Virus record (IMG/VR): IMGVR_UViG_3300025296_000026
Span: 1-46,490 of that record
Length of the DNA: 46,490 nt
Strand: one strand, 5' to 3'
Source of the DNA: a virus
Taxonomy: Duplodnaviria > Caudoviricetes
Shown: positions 37,323-46,154 of the stretch, piece by piece
Position numbering within the stretch: position 1 is the first letter of the stretch
Layout of the letters: each line of letters starts with the position of its first letter
Program-made: the position numbers and the translations under genes
Notes under the pieces: generated by a model
What the model was told of the DNA's origin: nothing
What the model saw: only the letters and a program-made list of their open reading frames with translations
The model's database searches: none

Positions 37323-37592
37323 ATGCCGCTTTATAAGATCTCAGACATGGCAAGCAAGGTTCTCGCGCAGTGTGCGAAGGATTACGGTATGAATAAATCT
37401 GAAGCCCTTGCGTGGTTAATACGAGAGACAGCCTCGCCTACCGTGCCGAAGCGCGGCAAGGTAAGTAGAACGGAAAGCATTGAATTGTTCTTAAGTGCCG
37501 AAGAAACAAAGATAGTTGAGGCGCTAGCACATACTTATGATTGCACGCCGTCAGCAGTCATAGAAGCGTATCTACAGCGCGCCGCGGGATAA
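37323..37592 (+). CDS. Tandem ribbon-helix-helix-like protein
   Basis: Two strand-helix-helix units (A...GMNKSEAL and LS.EE...VE.LA......S.VI). Confidence 0.5.
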   Translation: MPLYKISDMASKVLAQCAKDYGMNKSEALAWLIRETASPTVPKRGKVSRTESIELFLSAEETKIVEALAHTYDCTPSAVIEAYLQRAAG

Positions 37593-37596
37593 GAAC

Positions 37597-38031
37597 ATGC
37601 CAGAGGTTCATGTTGAAGATATGTTATCTCGTCGCTTGCGCGCCCTAGCGAAGCAGGCACCGAAGTTTGCCGCGCAAGCACTGAACAAAGAAGCTATCAA
37701 GGCTATGAGGGTTTCTGCACAATTGGTTCCGGTTTCACCTAATGGGGGAACATTGCGGCGGAGTAGGAAAGTCCACCATGCTAAGCCGCCAGAGTTGAAA
37801 GCGATGCTTACGTATGGGACTGAGTACGCTATCTATGTGCATGAGATTCCGTCGCCGCCTGCCAAGTCTCCGAAAGGCCGAAGCGCAAGGCATCATCCTC
37901 CGACGCAGTGGAAATACTTAGAACAGCCGATCCAAGAAGCTGCGGTCGGATTCCGTGGACGTGTGGCGACTGACATTGAACGTCGTATTAAGAAGTGGGC
38001 GAGCCGATTAGATAAGGGCTCTAAGAAGTAG
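37597..38031 (+). CDS. HK97 gp10-like neck protein
   Basis: VPV...G.LRRS, YA.YVHE, KYLE.P. Confidence 0.8.
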   Translation: MPEVHVEDMLSRRLRALAKQAPKFAAQALNKEAIKAMRVSAQLVPVSPNGGTLRRSRKVHHAKPPELKAMLTYGTEYAIYVHEIPSPPAKSPKGRSARHHPPTQWKYLEQPIQEAAVGFRGRVATDIERRIKKWASRLDKGSKK

Positions 38032-38035
38032 ACAC

Positions 38036-38431
38036 ATGCTGCTTGATGATATTGCGGATCTCTTATCGACGGGTGGCGTTACCACGACCATCTATAAGGG
38101 ATTTATGCCTGAGAAACCTGACACGGCGATCTTACTTACGGAGACGGGCGGGCAAGGTCCGATTCACGCGATGTCCACAGGACCGGGACAGGCAAAGTTA
38201 GAGGTCGCAGGCTTGCAGGTTCTCGGGCGTTCGGCAAGTTATCAAACTGCAAGAACGAACATGCAGTCCGTTATGAATCTTTTAGACGGTTTGAATGAAC
38301 GAACAATTAACGCCACGCGCTATTCATATGTTGCAGCGCAACAGGTTCCGTTTTCTATTGGCCACGATGGCGCGGCGAGGTCAATGCTCTCGGTCAATTT
38401 CCTTGCTTGGAAGGACTTATCCACGGGGTAG
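38036..38431 (+). CDS. Tail terminator / completion protein
   Basis: MP..PD..I...ETGG, Q...R, Q.P...G.D...R....NF. Confidence 0.75.
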   Translation: MLLDDIADLLSTGGVTTTIYKGFMPEKPDTAILLTETGGQGPIHAMSTGPGQAKLEVAGLQVLGRSASYQTARTNMQSVMNLLDGLNERTINATRYSYVAAQQVPFSIGHDGAARSMLSVNFLAWKDLSTG

Positions 38432-38433
38432 TC

Positions 38434-38829
38434 ATGGCGACAGTAATCTATAACGATGCCAAGTTCTTTTTAGGCGGGTACAATCTAAGCGCCGACCACA
38501 ACGAAATCGGACTAGAGTATTCGTCTGAGATGTTAGATGTTACGACAATGGGCGATGATACGCGCATTAGAAAAGGCGGGCTAGAAAGTGCGACGGTGAA
38601 TGGTTCTGGCTTCTGGAATAGCGGCACAGGAAACGCGGGCGAGGCGTTGTTTGGTCTATTAGGTAAGAATCAAAAGATTCTGACTTTGTTCCCTGATGGG
38701 ATTGTTGAAGGAACATCAACGCTAAAAGGCTACGCGATGAAGTCGGTGCTCGCGGAGTATAACATAGGAAATTCTGTAGGGTCGATGCTGACGTTTGATC
38801 TTACTGCCGAAAGTGCGGGGACTGATTAG
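38434..38829 (+). CDS. Tail tube-like protein 1
   Basis: LS............LDVTTMGDDTRIRKGGL; paralogue of 39228..39641. Confidence 0.7.
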   Translation: MATVIYNDAKFFLGGYNLSADHNEIGLEYSSEMLDVTTMGDDTRIRKGGLESATVNGSGFWNSGTGNAGEALFGLLGKNQKILTLFPDGIVEGTSTLKGYAMKSVLAEYNIGNSVGSMLTFDLTAESAGTD

Positions 38830-38839
38830 GAGTATAGGA

Positions 38840-39211
38840 ATGGCAATTATTAGATCGGTTCCCCTGAAGGACGCGACGGCTACGGCACTAACATCATGCG
38901 GAGTAGGAACAGCCTATGATGTCGGGGCAGTAACGGCAGGCGAAAAGCTCTATGGTGGATTGCATGTTTTATCATCATCCACGGGCGGAATCACCGTTAG
39001 AATTCAAGGCTCGTCTTCTAGTGGATTTGGTGCGGGAAAGTTTACGAGTCATATTTCATTCTCTGCACAAACGTCGTTAGGTGGGCAGTGGGCGACTCCG
39101 CTAAGCACAGGGTCGGTAACGTCGACGCATCGTCAGTTCTGGCGTGCTGAGTGGGGTATGACAACAAGCGGGGAATCTTATAAGGTTCTCCCGTGGATGG
39201 GAATCCAGTAA
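38840..39211 (+). CDS. Ser/Thr-rich beta-sandwich tail decoration protein
   Basis: RBS AGGAG; LHV.......V..Q.S....F and RQFWR; many Ser/Thr clusters. Confidence 0.6.
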   Translation: MAIIRSVPLKDATATALTSCGVGTAYDVGAVTAGEKLYGGLHVLSSSTGGITVRIQGSSSSGFGAGKFTSHISFSAQTSLGGQWATPLSTGSVTSTHRQFWRAEWGMTTSGESYKVLPWMGIQ

Positions 39212-39227
39212 GTTAGAGAGGGCTATT

Positions 39228-39641
39228 ATGGCAACGCTTGTGTATACGAATGCAAAGGTAGAGATCAACGGGACGGATCTATCTTCGCACGCTTCAGAAG
39301 TGACTTTGAATTATGCGTCAGAAATGCAAGACGAGACCGCGATGGGCGATGATACCCGAGTTAGAAAAGGGGGGCTAAAGGATTGGTCTGTCGATGTAAC
39401 ATGGCATCAGGACTTCGCGGCGGGTAAGGTTGATGCTACGCTATTCTCGCTTGTGGGCACGACGGTCTGCGTTGAACTTAGACCACAGAACATTTGTTCA
39501 ACGGCGATCAATCCTATATTTAGCGGGATCGGTGTAATTGAAAGTTATCACCCGATGAGCGGAACGGTAGGCGCATTACTTGACGCGCCGACGGCTATCC
39601 AATCAGCAGGAACACTAGCACGGGCGACCGCTGCGACGTAG
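39228..39641 (+). CDS. Major tail tube protein 2
   Basis: INGTDLS....VTL........TAMGDDTR...GGLKDWS......QDFAA.....NP. Confidence 0.8.
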   Translation: MATLVYTNAKVEINGTDLSSHASEVTLNYASEMQDETAMGDDTRVRKGGLKDWSVDVTWHQDFAAGKVDATLFSLVGTTVCVELRPQNICSTAINPIFSGIGVIESYHPMSGTVGALLDAPTAIQSAGTLARATAAT

Positions 39642-39644
39642 CGT

Positions 39645-39950
39645 GTGAGAGCGACAGGCTATAGCGGGGAATTGAAACACCGCTATCAAATAGCGGCGAG
39701 GGTCGGATCGTGGTCTGTGGAACCTGTGACTGGATCATCTGGTCATAGTTTCCATGTTTCTATGAAAGTGTTAGAAGTTATAGATCCGTGGTTTTCATAC
39801 AAGCCCTTAGATCTTTATCTTACGTTCGGGGCATCGGTCTGGGTGTGGCATGATGTAGATCTTAGCGTGCAAACTAAAAATGCTACACCCGCCGAATCGT
39901 TACACGCTGAACTGTTGCACCCACCCACAATCGAACAACGGAGGGAATAA
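39645..39950 (+). CDS. Hypothetical tail-region protein
   Basis: Tightly packed ORF between the tail tube and chaperone genes. Confidence 0.6.
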   Translation: MRATGYSGELKHRYQIAARVGSWSVEPVTGSSGHSFHVSMKVLEVIDPWFSYKPLDLYLTFGASVWVWHDVDLSVQTKNATPAESLHAELLHPPTIEQRRE

Positions 39951-39953
39951 CCT

Positions 39954-40382
39954 ATGCCTAGTCCGTGGACAGTCTCACCCGAAGAAACAAAGATCGATCT
40001 AACATGGAAAGATGAAGAGATAGATAGAGAGTTTTGGATCAAGGTAAAGAAGCGCCTGAGTATTGGCGAGAGTCGTAGCACGATGAAATCTATCAGCCGT
40101 GTAAGAAGTATCTTACCGGGGCAAGGGCAAGAGGCTGAACGGCCAGAGGCGCAATTTGATTGGACAGAGTATTCATTTGCGCGTGCTATGACGTATCTAT
40201 TAGATTGGTCCTTTGCCGATGATAACGGAAATAAGATCCCATTAAAACGAAGCACAATAGAAAGCTTACATCCTGCGCTGTTCGATGTTATTGATACGGC
40301 TATCAATGATCACGATGTTAGTCTAGCAACGAATGAATCAAAAAAAACAAAGAGTTCTGGCAAATCGCCCAAAACGACATAG
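39954..40382 (+). CDS. Tail assembly chaperone (gpG-like)
   Basis: L.DWSF.D..G..IP motif; lies upstream of the tape measure gene. Confidence 0.8.
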   Translation: MPSPWTVSPEETKIDLTWKDEEIDREFWIKVKKRLSIGESRSTMKSISRVRSILPGQGQEAERPEAQFDWTEYSFARAMTYLLDWSFADDNGNKIPLKRSTIESLHPALFDVIDTAINDHDVSLATNESKKTKSSGKSPKTT

Positions 40383-40516
40383 CGATTATGAAACGTATGA
40401 ATTGGTCGTGGCCTGAGTATTGCGCGTTACCGATTACTTATTTGCCGCCGTTGATTGATTACATTAAACAGTGCGATAACGAACAGCGCAGACAGGCTCG
40501 GGCACGTAGACGGTAG
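40340..40516 (+). other. Programmed -1 frameshift site and gpGT extension
   Basis: In-frame A AAA AAA (40340-46); the -1 frame reads NKEFWQIAQNDIAIMKRMNWSWPEYCALP...RRR* to 40516. Confidence 0.8.
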
Positions 40517-40525
40517 AGGGTTCTT

Positions 40526-43500
40526 ATGGCGACGAATGTAGGACATATCGAGGCGATCTTAGAACTTAAGAATCGTATGTCCGCTCAGTTAGATAAGGCT
40601 TCGACCGATGTTAAACGATTCAAAGGCAGCTTAGATAAGCTATCAGAGGTTTCGGTGCAAGTCGGTGCGGCTCTTACCGCAGGTATAACCGTGCCCTTAA
40701 CAGGGATAGCGGTCCAAGCGGTCAAGACGTTTGCTGCCTTTGAAGGCGAGATGCAATCCGTCCGCGCAGTAGTGGGAGATATTACAGAGAAGGAATTTGC
40801 GGCATTAGAAGACAAGGCCCAAGATATGGGCGCGACTACGGTATTCACAGCGGCGCAATCAGCCGAGGCGATGCGGGCGTTTGCGTTGGCGGGCTTTGAA
40901 TCTAACGAAATCATGTCGGCGCTAGAGTCGACTTTGAATATGGCGATGGCCGCAGAGATAGGTGTAGGAAGGGCGGCGAGTATTTCTGCGGGGATTATTC
41001 GTGGGTTCGGATTTGAAGCAAGAGACTCCGGGCGCGCTATGGACGTTCTTACTGCGGCCTTCACAAATGCAAATACGGAAGTCACAGGATTAGGTGATGC
41101 GTTTAAGTTTGTTGGTCCCATAGCAAAGAATCTCGGGCTTTCATTTGAAACAACAACAGCCGCATTACAAATAATGGCGAATGCCAATATCAAAGCAGGG
41201 ATAGCGGGAAGAGCGTTCAGGATGGCATTACTTCGCCTTGTTGCTCCGCCAAAGGAGGCATCTGATGCCCTCGCTCAATTAGGTGTAGCGGCGACAGACG
41301 CAGAGGGACGATTGTTACCGTTTGATAAGATCATCCAACAACTAGAACCGCATTTGAAAGAGACTGCCGAGATGTCTGCGATCTTCGGCACTGAGTCACT
41401 TACGCCAATGATTGAGGTAGTCCGAGCAGGGGCCGTGTCGTTGCGAGAGATGACCAGGGAATTAGAAGGTGCCGGAGGGACAGCGCAGCGCACAGCGGAT
41501 ACGATGAAAAAGAGTGTGAATAATCAATTCATACTTATGAAAAGTGCAATTGATGGAGTCTTTACGGCTATTGGTCAAGAGTTAGAACCTGTGCTTCGGT
41601 CTCTCATGAAGGCAGGAACAGCACTTGCGGGATTAGTTAATACGCAATTGATAGGCGGATTCAAAGCATTGAGCCCCACGTCGAAGATCCTTGTGGGTGC
41701 TTTCTTAGCAATGGCAGCGGCAGCGGGCCCGGTATTGCTTGCCGTGAAGGGTATAGGTCTTGCGTTGGCTTTCATTGGACCTGCACTCCTAGCGGTGGGT
41801 GCAGCGGTAACGTCACCACTGACAGCGTTTGTCGCACTCGGGGCAATTCTTACAACTATATTGTTACAGAATGAAACCTTTGTCGAATTGCTGAAAGCGC
41901 AAACACGTTTCTTATTCGCTCTCGGGCGTGGTGTGGTGTTCCTTGTCGGGCTGTTTGTTGATGCCTTCCTTGTCACGATTAAAGAAGTCGTCGATAGCTT
42001 GATAGGATTCTTAGACATTGGCGGTGATGTCACCTCGTGGATTCAAAGTGTAACGGGATGGTTTAATAAGGGCGCTGATGTTCTTATGAATTACTCGGAA
42101 AGCACAGAGGACACGAGTGCTGCATTAGAGGATGTTGCGCCCGCCGCTGATGAGGCGACGGATTCAATTACAGACTTAACCGATGGGATAGTGGGAAGCA
42201 TTCCACCAATAGAAGAAACATTAGAAAACTGGGAAAAGATGGCGCGCGTGTGGAAGGATGGCGCGATCCCGGAAGCGAACGACATGGTGCGGGCTCTCGC
42301 CGCGGTTGGCGGAGTGACACGCTTGAGCGAAGAGGAACAACGATCACTCAATTCTACGTTAGATAAGGCTATAGAAAAGTATGCGTTGCTCGGCAAGGCT
42401 ATTCCTGACGATATCCTTTCCGCATGGGTAGAGACGTTACAGGCTCCTGAGCTTGTAGATCCCTCGGTAGGCATGGGCGTCTTTGATAAGTTAGCAGAGC
42501 CGCCGAGCTTGGCTGACATGCCGGGATGGTTTGAATTAGGCGGACAGATATATGAAGAGTTAGATCTTGGATTTGTAACAGCAGTGCCGTCTGGTGGATT
42601 GTTTGCGGGCGCGACGTTAGAACCGCCGCCTGACTTCCCAGAACATATGTACACGACGGGAAAACGGATAGGGAATAATCTTACGAAAGGATTTATAGAC
42701 ACACTTGTCGCAGTGCCACAGACAGTCCTTGATGCCTTTACAGGTGGCGGTGGCGTAATGGGCGCTATGCAGGGCATAGGGTCTATGTTCGGCGCTACGA
42801 TTGGAGAAGGAATCGGTAGCGGTATAGGCAAGCGATTCTCTGAAGGATCAGGATTAAAGAAAGCATTCGGCGAAATGCTTGGTCCTGTCTTAGGTGCGGT
42901 CGGGGCGTTAGCGGGCCCGCTTATTGGAAAATTAAAGAAGTTATTCAGTGGGCAAACAACAACAGAACGAATCAAAGAGGCTGTATCTATACACTGGGGC
43001 AAAGCGATTAGTGACGGACTAAGAGATAGCATGGCGGCGACTGCCGACGAGATAGGGTCTGACTGGGGCGGTATGATGATGCACCTGTCCGAACTCTTTG
43101 AAGAGGCGGGCGGCGTGATGGCGTTCGGCTTAGATGAAGCGATAAGAAAGACAAGGGACTTCTTTTCTGCCGTTGAGCAAGGTGTTCTTACTACCGAGCA
43201 AGCCTCTACGTCCTTCGGTGAATCGTTTGCGCTTATCTCGCAGGCGATGATAGATAGTGGTGAAGTCGCTACGAAAGAGTTCAGAGAGCTTATAGAACTA
43301 TACAAGGAATTCGGATTTGAATCTGCCGAGGTCTTAGAATTCATACATGGTCAGAGCGAACGAGTTTTCAAAGGCTTAGAAGCGATGATCAAACCTGTTG
43401 CCGAAGAGGTTGCGGGACTAACGGGAGAATTCAAAGACAATGAGTTTGTAATAAACCATGCCCTGGATAGGAACGGCGAGTCACTAAGGTCATTTGCCGT

Positions 43501-44413
43501 CGTCGCGGCAGGCGCTTTCGGCGCAGCGATTGAGGCGGGCGTTGGCTTCACAGAAGCGGCACGCATGGCAGAACCAAGTATTAGTGCGTTAGACACGGCA
43601 TTTTCTGACCTTGGCATAACAAGCGGCAGTGTCGCCTTTGATCATCTGAGTCGGTGGAATGGACTTATCTTACAGAACGAAGATCTTATTACGGGCGTCG
43701 AAGCTTTTGATGATGTTCTTATTGGCCTATCACATACCGGTGGACTGACGGGCGAGTCTCTCGCGGCGATGGGTCAGCTAGGCACGGACCAATTCCGTCG
43801 ACTTATCGAAGCGGGATTTACCGAGCAAGAAGCGTTGCTCTTAATGGGCGACAATGTTTTCGCTCTCGCTAGAGCGTATGAAGAGTTAGGACTTCCAATA
43901 GACGAAGATACGCAAAAGCTCTTAGACATGGCGATTGCGAATGGGCAGATTGATCCCGGTGAACAGATAGAGGGATGGGAACTTGTTGCTCAAGCGATAA
44001 GAGATCTTGGCACTTTGATAGAGGGATTAGTTACTAAGATACAAACTGTTCCCGACGCTGACGTAGATGTTCGCTATGATGATCCGGGACATACGCCGAA
44101 TGTTCCTACTCACGTTAACGTGGAGATTGATTATAAGGGTCGACGCACTGGTTCACATCCCACAGGCGTAGGCGGGCAAGAGTGGGAAATGTTCAGGCAT
44201 GGTGGCGTTGGTGATTTCGGCACAGGAACGCTTGCGATGCTACATGGGCAAGAAGCAGTGATTCCATTAGAAGGCGGAAGCGTGCCAGTTGACATATTAG
44301 ATAGACAAGAGGGAGACGGAGAAAGTGAAACGATAGCGGAATTACAATCAATACGAGTAGAGTTAGAACAGTTACCGTTACATATTCGCGATGCCCTTCT
44401 CACTAGTGAATAG
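40526..44413 (+). CDS. Tape measure protein, TP901 family
   Basis: 1295 aa, Ala/Gly-rich helical; T.FTA.Q.AEAM...A.AGF core; C-terminal GG......AMLHG.EAV.P. Confidence 0.93.
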   Translation: MATNVGHIEAILELKNRMSAQLDKASTDVKRFKGSLDKLSEVSVQVGAALTAGITVPLTGIAVQAVKTFAAFEGEMQSVRAVVGDITEKEFAALEDKAQDMGATTVFTAAQSAEAMRAFALAGFESNEIMSALESTLNMAMAAEIGVGRAASISAGIIRGFGFEARDSGRAMDVLTAAFTNANTEVTGLGDAFKFVGPIAKNLGLSFETTTAALQIMANANIKAGIAGRAFRMALLRLVAPPKEASDALAQLGVAATDAEGRLLPFDKIIQQLEPHLKETAEMSAIFGTESLTPMIEVVRAGAVSLREMTRELEGAGGTAQRTADTMKKSVNNQFILMKSAIDGVFTAIGQELEPVLRSLMKAGTALAGLVNTQLIGGFKALSPTSKILVGAFLAMAAAAGPVLLAVKGIGLALAFIGPALLAVGAAVTSPLTAFVALGAILTTILLQNETFVELLKAQTRFLFALGRGVVFLVGLFVDAFLVTIKEVVDSLIGFLDIGGDVTSWIQSVTGWFNKGADVLMNYSESTEDTSAALEDVAPAADEATDSITDLTDGIVGSIPPIEETLENWEKMARVWKDGAIPEANDMVRALAAVGGVTRLSEEEQRSLNSTLDKAIEKYALLGKAIPDDILSAWVETLQAPELVDPSVGMGVFDKLAEPPSLADMPGWFELGGQIYEELDLGFVTAVPSGGLFAGATLEPPPDFPEHMYTTGKRIGNNLTKGFIDTLVAVPQTVLDAFTGGGGVMGAMQGIGSMFGATIGEGIGSGIGKRFSEGSGLKKAFGEMLGPVLGAVGALAGPLIGKLKKLFSGQTTTERIKEAVSIHWGKAISDGLRDSMAATADEIGSDWGGMMMHLSELFEEAGGVMAFGLDEAIRKTRDFFSAVEQGVLTTEQASTSFGESFALISQAMIDSGEVATKEFRELIELYKEFGFESAEVLEFIHGQSERVFKGLEAMIKPVAEEVAGLTGEFKDNEFVINHALDRNGESLRSFAVVAAGAFGAAIEAGVGFTEAARMAEPSISALDTAFSDLGITSGSVAFDHLSRWNGLILQNEDLITGVEAFDDVLIGLSHTGGLTGESLAAMGQLGTDQFRRLIEAGFTEQEALLLMGDNVFALARAYEELGLPIDEDTQKLLDMAIANGQIDPGEQIEGWELVAQAIRDLGTLIEGLVTKIQTVPDADVDVRYDDPGHTPNVPTHVNVEIDYKGRRTGSHPTGVGGQEWEMFRHGGVGDFGTGTLAMLHGQEAVIPLEGGSVPVDILDRQEGDGESETIAELQSIRVELEQLPLHIRDALLTSE

Positions 44414-44416
44414 GAG

Positions 44417-46105
44417 ATGCCTACCGTTACACCGACCGTTTCGTTAAACGTCTATTTTTCTGGCATCGGATCGTCTTCGACCGATATCGCTGCTGACGTT
44501 ATGTTAGGCGTTGCGCCGTTGCGCGGCACGTATGGAATAGGCGGCAGCGGTCCACTTGCACGTATCGCGCAGACTGGGGTTCTTACCTTTGCCTTAAACA
44601 ACAGCGTGTCTAATAGCGGCGGGGTTCAAGGCTACTATAGTCCCGGGCATGTTGACGCACGCGCAAACTGGGATCTTGGTCTTATCATATCGGTTACGTT
44701 TTCGTATAGTGGAACAAACTATATTAAGTTCATCGGCACCCTTTCATCTATCAAACCAGACGCGGGCGCTTATCAACGGCAGGCGGTCTTATGTACGGTC
44801 GTTGATTGGATGGATGAAGCCGCGCGCAGCAAGGTCAAAGCAATTGCAGTTCAAACAGGGCAACGCTCTGACCAATTAGTTTCCACGATTGTATCGAATG
44901 CCGTAGGACGGCAACCAATAGCAACAAGTTATCAAACAGGCAAAAGCACCTTTGACTACGCATTAGATAATCTGCGCGACAATTCGACAACGGTGATGCG
45001 TGCCTTGTCTGATGTTGTGATGTCAGAGATGGGCTATTTGTATGTTAAGGGCACCACAGACGCCGCAGGTGCAAAGGGCGGACAATTAGTTTTTGAAAAC
45101 AGAGAAACACGTCCGATCAAAGGCGATGCTGATCATACCTTTTCTAATGACATGGTACGGTTTGATGTGCAGCGCAGTCGGGCTGACATTATTAATCGAA
45201 CTTATGTATCAGTCCATCCAAGAACCTTAGACACTGTAGCGACCACGTTGTGGGAATTAACTTCCACAGAGGTCGTGCCTGTCGTGCCTGCATTAAGCAC
45301 TACCACGATAGTTGCAGAGTTCACCGAATCGCTTATCAATGGTGTGAATTTCGGCGGGTCTTCTGTTACTACGGCGAGAGGGAAGCAAGTTGCGACGACG
45401 AATCTAACAACGCCATCGTCGGGCACGGATTGGATAGCAAATTCCGCAGCAGATGGGTCTGGTTCTAATCTTACGTCTAGCGTAACTGTTAGTATCGCAA
45501 CGACGGCAGCTAATACCGCGACATTGACATTAGTCAATGCAGGCGCAGCAGATGCGTATCTAACTACGCTGCAATTGCGAGGGATAGCGTTACGCGATGA
45601 AACAGTTACGACAAGCACGGCAAGCGATAGCACGTCTATTACAGACTACGGAGAACAAGATATTCGTATAAACATGCCCTATGAAAGCTCACCGTATAAT
45701 TCGTTAGGCGTTGCGGAATGGGTAACGGGTGTGAATGCCTCGCCGCGATTCCTAGTGCGTTCTATGGAGGTTGTAGGAAACACCTCTGGGGCAATGCTTA
45801 CACAAGCCCTTGTTAGAGAGCCAGGGGATAAGATAGGCGTTGATGAACTTGTCACGGGGATCTCTAATCGCACGGCATGGTTACTTGGCACGGCGGGATC
45901 GTCTGAGTTAGACGAAACGGCGTACCTCGATTTCAATCCTGCTAGTGGCGATTTCTTTATCAATGGCGTGCAGTTTGATCTAAGTCCTGGGAACATCTTA
46001 CGAGTGAGATGGAATCTTGCGCCTGCACAACAACAGCGGTTCTGGATATTGCAACAAGCAGGCGCGTCTGAATTAGGAACGACGACAGTCTTAGGATGGG
46101 CCTAA
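44417..46105 (+). CDS. Tail tip / hub protein
   Basis: Follows the TMP; E.G..Y......L.F..R and S...YG; beta-rich. Confidence 0.75.
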   Translation: MPTVTPTVSLNVYFSGIGSSSTDIAADVMLGVAPLRGTYGIGGSGPLARIAQTGVLTFALNNSVSNSGGVQGYYSPGHVDARANWDLGLIISVTFSYSGTNYIKFIGTLSSIKPDAGAYQRQAVLCTVVDWMDEAARSKVKAIAVQTGQRSDQLVSTIVSNAVGRQPIATSYQTGKSTFDYALDNLRDNSTTVMRALSDVVMSEMGYLYVKGTTDAAGAKGGQLVFENRETRPIKGDADHTFSNDMVRFDVQRSRADIINRTYVSVHPRTLDTVATTLWELTSTEVVPVVPALSTTTIVAEFTESLINGVNFGGSSVTTARGKQVATTNLTTPSSGTDWIANSAADGSGSNLTSSVTVSIATTAANTATLTLVNAGAADAYLTTLQLRGIALRDETVTTSTASDSTSITDYGEQDIRINMPYESSPYNSLGVAEWVTGVNASPRFLVRSMEVVGNTSGAMLTQALVREPGDKIGVDELVTGISNRTAWLLGTAGSSELDETAYLDFNPASGDFFINGVQFDLSPGNILRVRWNLAPAQQQRFWILQQAGASELGTTTVLGWA

Positions 46106-46117
46106 GAACGAAGAATT

Positions 46118-46126
46118 TGCTATCAT
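46118..46126 (+). promoter_or_regulatory. Extended -10 element
   Basis: Intergenic TGCTATCAT, identical to 12335-43. Confidence 0.45.
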
Positions 46127-46154
46127 AAGCTAAGTGCTTATTTTGGAGTAAGTT

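Noticed and set aside
38795-38840. Frameshift fusing tail tube 1 to the next ORF
   Set aside because: The downstream ORF has its own AGGAG RBS and ATG, and there is no slippery site.
94-45996. All minus-strand ORFs in the track, including 42091..43344 (417 aa)
   Set aside because: Nearly all are antisense shadows of well-supported + genes, and none has a recognisable motif.
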